Shown piece after piece: positions 39,820 through 47,323 of a stretch of DNA of 64,000 bases. The notes beneath the pieces are model-generated. The model saw only the letters and a program-made list of their open reading frames with translations. It searched no databases and was not told the origin of the DNA. This stretch comes from Kiritimatiellia bacterium (GTDB lineage Bacteria; Verrucomicrobiota; Kiritimatiellia; JAAZAB01). The position numbers and the translations under genes are program-made. The DNA lies in assembly GCA_040767085.1 (NCBI GenBank), contig JAXGPF010000005.1:96001-160000 (forward strand). The letters are read 5' to 3'. Within the stretch, counting starts at the first letter, position 1. Every line of letters starts with the position of its first letter.

Positions 39820-41184
39820 ATGATCTTCAAACCTAAACCCGGCCATGCCAACTTGACGGAAGTCGGCATTCTGACCGGCATCCGCCGCCTGGCGATGCCC
39901 ATGCTGATCGGCGCCCTGCTGCAAAATCTCCAAAGCCTGATAGACCTGTTCTGGGTCGGGCGGCTGGGCCACACGGCCATTGCCGGGGTGGCGCTCGGGG
40001 GCGCGGTAATCATGCTGCTGTTTCCGGGCCTGATGGGCCTGTCCACCGGCACCGTGGCGATGGTGGCGCGGGCGACAGGCGCCCGCCAGCCGGAAGCCGC
40101 CGGCACGGCGGCGGCGCAGTCGTTGATCATGGCCGGCATCCTGGGCGTGCTGGTGGGCGTCGGGGGATGGTGGCCGGCTGACGCGCTGCTGCGCCTGCTG
40201 GGCGCCGGCCCGGACGTCCTGGCGCCGGGCGGCATTTATTTAAAAATATCACTCCTGGGCAGCGTCACCGTCTTCATTTTATTCATCGGCAACGCCGCGC
40301 TCCAGGGCGCCGGCGACACCCTGACCCCCATGTATATCATGGCCGCGAGCAATGTGCTGAACATCGTCCTGGATCCGCTATTCATCTTCGGCCTCGGCCC
40401 GCTCCCGCCGCTGGGCGTGGCCGGAGCGGCCATCGCCACGATCATTTCCCAGGCCCTGGCGGCGGTCATGCTGCTGCTGGTGCTGTTGAACGGCCATGGC
40501 CCGCTCCATCTCCGACGCCGTTATTGGAAGCTGCGTCCGGACCTGGCCTGGCGGATTGTCCGGATCGGCATCCCGGGCTCGGGTCAGATGTTGAGCCGCA
40601 GCTTGATGGGAGCGGTGATTATGCGGATCGTCGCCCGCTGCGGCACCACCGCGGTGGCCGCCTATGGCACCGGCCTGCGGTTTCACATGATTATCCTGAT
40701 GCCAGCCTTCGCCTTGGGCGCCGCGGCCGCTACGCTGACCGGCCAGTACCTGGGCGCCGGCCGGCCGGAGCGGGCGCGCCGGGCAGCCTGGGCCGCCACG
40801 GCCATTGACATGGTTTTCATGCTCCTGGCCGCCGTACTCATGATCCTCTTCGCTCCTGCCTTGATCCGCCTGTTCAATGACCATCCCGACGTCGTTGCCA
40901 TCGGCGCGGAATATCTGCGGGTAGTATCGCCATTTTATGTTTTCGCGGCGCTGGGCATCGTGCTCAGCCGCGCGCTCCAGGGCGCCGGCGACACCCTGAT
41001 GCCCATGGTGATCACCATCCTGACGCTCTGGGGCTTGCAGGTGCCCGCGGCTGTCTGGCTCGCGCGCACCTGGCAGCCGCCCACCCAGGGCATCTGGATC
41101 GCCATGGCCGCCACGTTTGTGCTGCAGGGATTGTTGACGGCCGCCTGGTTCGAAACCGGCCGGTGGAAGAAAACCCGGGTATAA
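39820..41184 (+). CDS. MATE family efflux transporter
   Basis: DLFWVGRLG, GAGDT x2, NIVLDPLFIFG, GVAGAAIAT. Confidence 0.92.
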   Translation: MIFKPKPGHANLTEVGILTGIRRLAMPMLIGALLQNLQSLIDLFWVGRLGHTAIAGVALGGAVIMLLFPGLMGLSTGTVAMVARATGARQPEAAGTAAAQSLIMAGILGVLVGVGGWWPADALLRLLGAGPDVLAPGGIYLKISLLGSVTVFILFIGNAALQGAGDTLTPMYIMAASNVLNIVLDPLFIFGLGPLPPLGVAGAAIATIISQALAAVMLLLVLLNGHGPLHLRRRYWKLRPDLAWRIVRIGIPGSGQMLSRSLMGAVIMRIVARCGTTAVAAYGTGLRFHMIILMPAFALGAAAATLTGQYLGAGRPERARRAAWAATAIDMVFMLLAAVLMILFAPALIRLFNDHPDVVAIGAEYLRVVSPFYVFAALGIVLSRALQGAGDTLMPMVITILTLWGLQVPAAVWLARTWQPPTQGIWIAMAATFVLQGLLTAAWFETGRWKKTRV

Positions 41185-41190
41185 TTGCCG

Positions 41191-42324
41191 CTAAAAAACG
41201 ATCAGCAGGACGGCTAACGCCAACATGGCCGCGGCCATCAGCAACTTCGCCCGCACTACGTTTTGCCGGCCCCAGTCCGCGAGCCGGCCGCCGGACGCCT
41301 GCCAGCGGGCCGCCAGCGCAAAAACCAGCGCGGGCGGCAAGACGAACATCAGGTTGTACAGCAGCAGCAAGCCCCATACCCGCGCGCCGGCCGGCTGGCG
41401 GCTGAGGTAAAACAATACCGGCCCGTAAATCTGGCCGGTGCAGGGCGCCTCCAGCAACGTCACCAGCGCGCCCGCGGCAAACAGGCCGAGCCCCGTCCGC
41501 GCATCGGCCGCCATCCCCCAGCGCGCCAGGCGGCGCGCGCGCTCGCGCAGGCGGACCGGCAATTGCAGCCGCAATAACTCCGGCCGACCAGTGGTTTGAA
41601 ATACCCAGGCATCGCGCAGCGATAACGCGGCCAGCAGGACCAGGGCAGCCGCCCAGCCCCAGCGCAAGGATTCCCCCAGCCAGCGCCAGGCCGCCAACCT
41701 GGTGAATATGCGCAGGATGCCCAAGCCCAGCAGGAGATACGCCGCAAATACCCCCGCGCAGAAACAAAATCCGCTGAACCACCAGGCCGCTGAACGCCGC
41801 CCGCGCAATGCCAGCAGGCTGGCAAGAAAAATTATGGTCGTGAAGGCGCAGGGATTGATGCCATCCGCCAGCCCCGCCGCCAGCACGGCTCCCGCGCCCA
41901 TGCCGCGCGCGAAGCGCAGGGCGGCATCCTCGCGGCCGGCCGGCAGCGCCGGCGGCGCGGCCGCATCCGCCGCCAAACCGTCCAATTCCGCCAGGCAGGC
42001 CAGCAGCCGGCTTTCGATTGCCTGCCGCCCGCCCAGATAAACACGCTGATTCAAAACCGCCGCGACCGGGTGGGTATCGGTTACGCCCAACACCTGCTGC
42101 CATTCCAGCAACCGCCGCAACCCGGCGTCTTCCCGCAAGTCATATTCCCGCACCGCGACCTCCGGAAACGCCAGGCGCGCATCAGCCAGCGTGACATGCC
42201 GCACCGCCTGGCAATCCGGGCAATCCCCGTCGTAAAAAAATTCCAGCGATGCCGGGCCGGCGGCCGCCAGGCCGGCCGCCGCCGCCCAGAACAAAATTGA
42301 TATTAGCGGTATAAATATTTTCAT
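41191..42324 (-). CDS. Thioredoxin-like CxxC domain fused to CcdA/DsbD-like membrane domain
   Basis: CPDC; GLADGINPCAF; EAPCTGQIY; LLYNLMFVLP. Confidence 0.8.
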   Translation of the reverse strand: MKIFIPLISILFWAAAAGLAAAGPASLEFFYDGDCPDCQAVRHVTLADARLAFPEVAVREYDLREDAGLRRLLEWQQVLGVTDTHPVAAVLNQRVYLGGRQAIESRLLACLAELDGLAADAAAPPALPAGREDAALRFARGMGAGAVLAAGLADGINPCAFTTIIFLASLLALRGRRSAAWWFSGFCFCAGVFAAYLLLGLGILRIFTRLAAWRWLGESLRWGWAAALVLLAALSLRDAWVFQTTGRPELLRLQLPVRLRERARRLARWGMAADARTGLGLFAAGALVTLLEAPCTGQIYGPVLFYLSRQPAGARVWGLLLLYNLMFVLPPALVFALAARWQASGGRLADWGRQNVVRAKLLMAAAMLALAVLLIVF

Positions 42325-42403
42325 TGCGCCGCGGTTGACTGGTGGTAGAATTTTTTCAAGCAACGCTGGTGGAGTTTATCAGAATATTCCCGGAAATCAA
42401 ATC

Positions 42404-43708
42404 ATGCGAAAAAATACCGCTGTATCCCTGCTGCTGGCCCTCCTGTTTTGCATTGCCGCGCGCGCCCGCGCCGCGGATTACGACTACTACCGGGTTAACC
42501 TGGATTGGGGCGCGCAGGCCGCCCGGCCTTTGACCGGCGATTTCGACGGCGACGGCAAAGCCGACCCGGCCTGCTATGTTGAAAGCACCGGCCTCTGGGC
42601 CGTCTTGATGTCCGGCAGCCACTACGCCGAAATCCGCGCCACACTGGGCGGCCCCGGCGCGCTCCCGGCGCCCGCCGATTACGACGGCGACGGCAAAACC
42701 GACCCGGCGGTTTTCCGCCAGGCCGACGGGCGGCTGACGGTCATGCTGTCCGGCAGCAATTACGCCATGGCCGGCCTGGACTTCCCCGCCGGCAGTTTCT
42801 GCGCGGCCGCGGATTATGACGGCGACGGCAAAGCCGACCCGGCGAGTTACAATCCGGCCGCCGGCCAGTGGCAATTTTTGATGCGCCAGGCGCGGGAAGT
42901 CGCCGACACCAACATTCTCGCCGGCATGTATTCCAACGCCATGGTCAATGCGTCTCAACCCACGGCGGCCAAAATCTGCACGGACTTGACCGCCATCACC
43001 ACCCCGGCGGACCATCCCTGGCAAATCTGGCGCACCAACGAGCTGGGCGGGCTTGAAATCAAGATGGTGTCCTTCATGCGTTATGCCACCGCCACCAATT
43101 ATTACCATCCCGGCCAGATCACCGAGTTGAAATACGCGTTTGCCTGGGTCACCGTGGCGCCGGAACTGAAAAATTTCTGCCGCAACTATACCGGCACAAA
43201 CCTTAACCTGCGCCTGCGCCAACTGATCGGCCTGCCGGCCGTCAGCGCCAACGACACCATTGTGGAATTCTGGGTTGACCCGCAATACCTGCTGCGGCCC
43301 AGCAAGGACCCGGAAATCGTAGATTATTCCGCCCAGTTGGAATTCCACACCAACACGCTCTTCTTAACCATGCAGACCGACACCAACTACGTCGGCTGGT
43401 TCAACCAGAATCTGATTGACGCCAATTACGGCATGACCAACGGCGTCTGGAACTCGCTCCCCTGGACGCAACTGGGCTACACCTACGACTGGGCCGGCAT
43501 GGACGCCGACATTGTGGGGTTGAGCGAATTCATCATCCCCGGCAGCCTGCTCTGGGAACGCTATGGCACAGTGGTGGGGGTGGAAGTTGACTCCGTCACC
43601 CCCGCCGTGGATTATGCCAATACCCCCGACCGCCGCGCGCGCGATCCGCGCGCACCCGACCCGCGATCGCTGCCGCGCCTGGTGGCGCCACCCGGCGACG
43701 GGCGGTGA
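42404..43708 (+). CDS. Secreted FG-GAP/VCBS repeat protein with unknown C-terminal domain
   Basis: Signal peptide; three (G/A)D(F/Y)DGDGK(A/T)DPA repeats; C-terminal RLRQLIGLP..LLRP..PWTQLGYTYDW..GLSEF. Confidence 0.85.
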   Translation: MRKNTAVSLLLALLFCIAARARAADYDYYRVNLDWGAQAARPLTGDFDGDGKADPACYVESTGLWAVLMSGSHYAEIRATLGGPGALPAPADYDGDGKTDPAVFRQADGRLTVMLSGSNYAMAGLDFPAGSFCAAADYDGDGKADPASYNPAAGQWQFLMRQAREVADTNILAGMYSNAMVNASQPTAAKICTDLTAITTPADHPWQIWRTNELGGLEIKMVSFMRYATATNYYHPGQITELKYAFAWVTVAPELKNFCRNYTGTNLNLRLRQLIGLPAVSANDTIVEFWVDPQYLLRPSKDPEIVDYSAQLEFHTNTLFLTMQTDTNYVGWFNQNLIDANYGMTNGVWNSLPWTQLGYTYDWAGMDADIVGLSEFIIPGSLLWERYGTVVGVEVDSVTPAVDYANTPDRRARDPRAPDPRSLPRLVAPPGDGR

Positions 43709-43731
43709 GCGCCAATCCCGCCACGACGCCG

Positions 43732-43875
43732 TTAAGCACCATACCCTCGCCACTGGCCGAGCATAACGCGCCACTCGCTGCCGTCGGTCTTGCGGACCGC
43801 CGGGCCAGCCAAGCCATCGCCGCCGTAATCGCCAGGCACGGTGTTCCAACAGCGCGGCATCCCATTCAATTCCAT
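43732..43875 (-). pseudogene. Degenerate FG-GAP repeat remnant
   Basis: Manual translation ...TVPGDYGGDGLAGPAVRKTDGSEWRVML..., a decayed copy of the PGDYDGDG.ADPAV....W.VML repeat. Confidence 0.6.
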
Positions 43876-43999
43876 TACATCTATGCTCTTTTCTGCGCCT
43901 GTGCTTGCCCACCGTAGCTTGACGAAGGCGGGGGTCTACTGCACTCCTTCCACTCATCCGGCTCTGTGGTGAAAAATTCCGTATCTTCTTTGCGGACGA

Positions 44000-44026
44000 A
44001 AATCTGCGTAATCTGCGGATAAAAAA
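44000..44026 (+). repeat. Dispersed 9-nt-period repeat, exact inverted copy at 62391-62417
   Basis: aaatctgcgtaatctgcggataaaaaa. Confidence 0.85.
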
Positions 44027-44122
44027 GGTTACGTGGTAAATTATCCGAATCTTCTTTGTGACTTTGCGTCGTTGTGAGAGAATCAAGCGGTTTTTTATAG
44101 GATGCTGCTGAAATGAACAACA

Positions 44123-44194
44123 TGAAACGTATTTGAAACGCAATGAAACGTATTTGAAACGTAAATGAAACGAATATGAAACGTATTTGGAACG
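44123..44194 (+). repeat. Phased heptamer array TGAAACG x7
   Basis: Starts at 44123, 44134, 44144, 44155, 44166, 44177, 44188 (last is TGGAACG). Confidence 0.9.
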
Positions 44195-44475
44195 AATGCG
44201 GATCAAGCGCCGGATGTTAGCGTGTCCGGCAGGGCATATTCATGCCGCCTGATTCCGATCAGCCTATAACTTGGTTCCCGGCGGTTTCTGCTGGCGTTGC
44301 GGGACACCGCCTGTTATAGTCAAAACTGCGTGTTTACCACTGATTGTATCGCCGGCCTGCCGCGCGGCAAAGGCGGACGTGCCGCGTCTTGGCCTCGCCA
44401 TGCGAGGTGAAGACGGAAGCAGGTCGAGCAAGAGCAGGACGATAGCTGCTCCAGGTATCGCATAGGACGGACGTA

Positions 44476-44586
44476 ATGCCCCAGATATTCGACAACATCG
44501 AAAAGCAACTCCTGAAAGCCCTTGACGAAGCGCTGGGGCTCTCGGATAGCCGATCTACAAGCCAAGATCACTATGCTTGTGCGTGA
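44476..44586 (+). pseudogene. N-terminal stub of a PLD-nuclease/SNF2 helicase-type gene
   Basis: MPQIFDNIEKQLLKALDEALGLSD..., resembling from memory the MPRIFDNI..LL.AL...L..SDRADFCVGYF start of these helicases; AGGA RBS upstream. Confidence 0.6.
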
Positions 44587-44776
44587 ACAGAAACAGACCG
44601 GCCGGACAGAGACCCAGAGTTTCAAAACACAGCTCTCCAAGCCCATCATCGACGAGATTGACAAGGTTCTCGCCAAGCACTATGGCTTCACTGACGAGGA
44701 ACTGGATTTCCTCATCAACTACGACATCAAATACCGCATGGGCCGCAACGGCGGGGAGGAGGATGCGGAAGGATGA
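44549..44776 (+). pseudogene. C-terminal stub of an Eco57I/type IIG-like DNA methyltransferase
   Basis: QKQTGRTETQSFK.QLSKPIIDEIDKVLAKHYGFTDEELDFLINYDIKYRMG; no catalytic motifs and no good start. Confidence 0.7.
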
Positions 44777-45897
44777 AGGCGGAAGCGCATGCCTACGATC
44801 CGGCGCTTCATCACCGGCATTCGATCCGGATGCGCGGACATGATTATGCCGGTGGCGGGATGTATTTTATTACGCTGTGCGTCGCCGCCTACCGCCCGTT
44901 GTTTGGCACAGTAGTGCATGGACGCATGGTTTTAAACGAGGCCGGGCGCAAGGCAGCGGCGTGCTGGCGTGATATTCCGGCGCATTTCCCCGGGGCCACC
45001 CTGGACGAATGGATCGTTATGCCGGATCATGTGCACGGGATTTTGCGGGTGGGCACGACATGTCGTGCTCATCTGATTCCGGCATTCGGCCGCCCGATTT
45101 CCGGCGCTCTGGGGACAATCATCGGCGCCTATAAAGGCGCCGCCACGCGCGCCATTCGAGGCACGGCATGCTGTGCCCCTTACCCGACACGCACGGGTTT
45201 GGCATGCCAAACCCCGCCGATTTGGCAACGCAATTATTACGATATTATCATCCAGGATTCGCGCGCATTGAACAACATCCGCCGCTATATCCGCGACAAT
45301 CCTGCCCATTGGGATGCCCTGCGTTACGGTGCGCCGCGCTTCTTTGCGGGCAATCGGGCGCTGCTGGATTTGCCCCTGACCGCCTTTCTGGCATCCCGCC
45401 GTACGGGTTTGGCATGCCAAACCCCTGCCCAATCCCCTGCGACATGCCATACGGGTTTGGCATGCCAAACCCCTGCCCAATCCCCTGCCGCGGCATGTGG
45501 CCCTGCGACATGGCCCGAACGCCCCGCCTGTGTGATTGGCGGATTTCTCTCCCCCATGGAACGGGCCGTTTTCGATGCCTGCCTTGCCGACTACATACCC
45601 ATGGTGTGGATTCTGGCGCGGGGGTTGGGGCTTGGCATGCCAAGCCCCTGCGGACGGATGCGGCGGGCTCTTGATGCCGGTCGGCTTCTGATCATGACGC
45701 CCTTCGATGACACCGTGCGCGGCTTCAGCGCCGCCCGTGCCGGCTGGTGCAATGAATACGCCCTGCATCTGGCCTCCAGCGCAGTCGTCGGCTATCTTGC
45801 GCCTGATGGTATGCTGGCATGTTTACTGGCGGACTTACGCCGTGACATCTCGATTAGCTATCTTGAAAGTCAACCCGCCAGTGAGGCTCACCCATGA
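44773..45897 (+). mobile_element. REP-associated tyrosine transposase (RAYT, Y1 HUH) fused to a C-terminal DprA/Smf-like SLOG domain
   Basis: HHRHSIRMRGHDY..YFITLC, MPDHVHGIL (HUH), IWQRNYYD, YIRDNP; then AGNRALLD..AFLASR..VIGGFLSPME..LARG..GRLLIMTPF..A...N. Confidence 0.85.
45051..45648. repeat. Six CATG-centred intragenic palindromes (REP-like)
   Basis: 45051-70, 45160-77, GGGTTTGGCATGCCAAACCC at 45195, 45405 and 45453, GGGGCTTGGCATGCCAAGCCCC at 45627. Confidence 0.9.
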
Positions 45898-46025
45898 TCG
45901 AGAACAACCCCGGGAACATGGGAGACCACGGACGCCGGAAAGACTCGACTCAAGGAGAACAAGCGAGAATGCGAGACGCCTCTGGGAAGGGGGAAGCCCC
46001 CATCCAAGCGCAAGAGGGGGAAGTC

Positions 46026-46595
46026 ATGACTTCAATCGAGAAGACGAGACGGCCCAGTATTCAAACACTCGGCGATACCGCCATCCTTGACCGCCGCATG
46101 ATCGCGCTGTTTTGTTCGTCCAAGTGCCCCGGAAAACTGATCCTCGACACCTATGACCTCGCCAAGCAGTTCCGGGAGCAAGGCGTCACTGTCATCAGCG
46201 GCTTCCATTCACCGATGGAAGAGGAATGCTTGCGCATTCTGCTCCGCTCCCCCCATCCGGTCGTCTGGTGTCTTGCCCGTGGTATGTTCAAGCGCATCCC
46301 CTCGAAGCCGGTGGACTGCCGCGCCGCTATCGCCGATGGTCGGCTCCTGATTGTCTCCCCGTTCAAGGAGAATGTCTGCCGCGTCACCGCCAAAACCGCC
46401 ATGGCCCGCAATCGTATCGTCGCTGATCTGGCCGAGGCCGTGGTCATCGCCCACGCCGCCCCCGGCAGCAAGATCGAGGCCCTAACTCTCGAACTCCTCG
46501 TGGAGGAAAAACCGATTTACACTTTCGACCATCCCGCAAATGCGGCCATTCTCGACCGCGGCGCAAGAGACGTTGGCCGTCTTGCGTGGCATTGA
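46026..46595 (+). CDS. Stand-alone DprA/Smf-like SLOG domain protein (start 46026 or 45894)
   Basis: LGDTAILD..ALFCSSKCP..VISGFHSPMEEE..LARG..LIVSPF..AMARNRIVADLAEAVVIAHA. Confidence 0.8.
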   Translation: MTSIEKTRRPSIQTLGDTAILDRRMIALFCSSKCPGKLILDTYDLAKQFREQGVTVISGFHSPMEEECLRILLRSPHPVVWCLARGMFKRIPSKPVDCRAAIADGRLLIVSPFKENVCRVTAKTAMARNRIVADLAEAVVIAHAAPGSKIEALTLELLVEEKPIYTFDHPANAAILDRGARDVGRLAWH

Positions 46596-47216
46596 GGCAT
46601 TGGGATTCTTGCGAATTGACAATTGCGGCTGATGCCCGGCCTGATGCTCCTGGTGGAGCGTGGCCAGGTAACTGCTGGTGAAAACCACCCAGACCAGCAG
46701 CAGCGGCAGCAATACCGCGCGGCCGGCCCGCAACCATCCCAGCCGCATCAAGGCCAACGCCAGCCAGATTCCCAGGAATGCCCCGGCGGCAATTTGCAGA
46801 CGCCGGTACACGGACAGTTTGAAATGCCAGGCGCAGACAAACCGATACCAGGGCCATTCGGCGTTTTCCCGGCCATCCCGCCGCGCCAGGGCGATTGACA
46901 GGTTGCGTGCGATATCCGGCTGCCCGCCCAGGTAACTTTCAGCGCGCTGGAGGGCGGCCGCGGCCGCCGCATATTCGCCGGCCTGCAGCCACGCCGTCCC
47001 CAGGTTGTAAAACAGTGGGCCATTGCGCACACCGGCATCCGCCAGTTGCTGATAGGTCAGGGCGGCGCGCTGCCAGTCATTCGAAGTGGCGGCCGCCGCG
47101 GCCTGGGCATTGGCCTGCTGCCAGATGAATTCCAGCTCCGGCAAAGCCGCGCGCGCCGCGCCGGCGGCCAGGAGCAACAGCAGCAGGCCGATTTTACGAT
47201 ATTGCCATGTTTTCAT
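46482..47216 (-). CDS. BatE-like TPR protein, C-terminus probably altered
   Basis: Signal peptide, LFYNLGTAW TPR, two TM helices; last gene of the bat operon; overlaps the convergent SLOG gene by 114 bp. Confidence 0.7.
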   Translation of the reverse strand: MKTWQYRKIGLLLLLLAAGAARAALPELEFIWQQANAQAAAAATSNDWQRAALTYQQLADAGVRNGPLFYNLGTAWLQAGEYAAAAAALQRAESYLGGQPDIARNLSIALARRDGRENAEWPWYRFVCAWHFKLSVYRRLQIAAGAFLGIWLALALMRLGWLRAGRAVLLPLLLVWVVFTSSYLATLHQEHQAGHQPQLSIRKNPNASMPRKTANVSCAAVENGRICGMVESVNRFFLHEEFES

Positions 47217-47323
47217 AAATTCTCCACGGCGGGCTTTGGCGGGCATAGCCAAACAGCCGCTGAACCGCGTCGAAAACTTGCCAAGCTTCGCTTGATGCAG
47301 ATTGACACGACACAAATCCATAA

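Noticed and set aside
44123-44194. CRISPR array
   Set aside because: Units are 10-11 bp with no unique spacers, and there are no cas genes
44773-45897. IS200/IS605 element with TnpB
   Set aside because: No tnpB, and the motifs fit the RAYT branch
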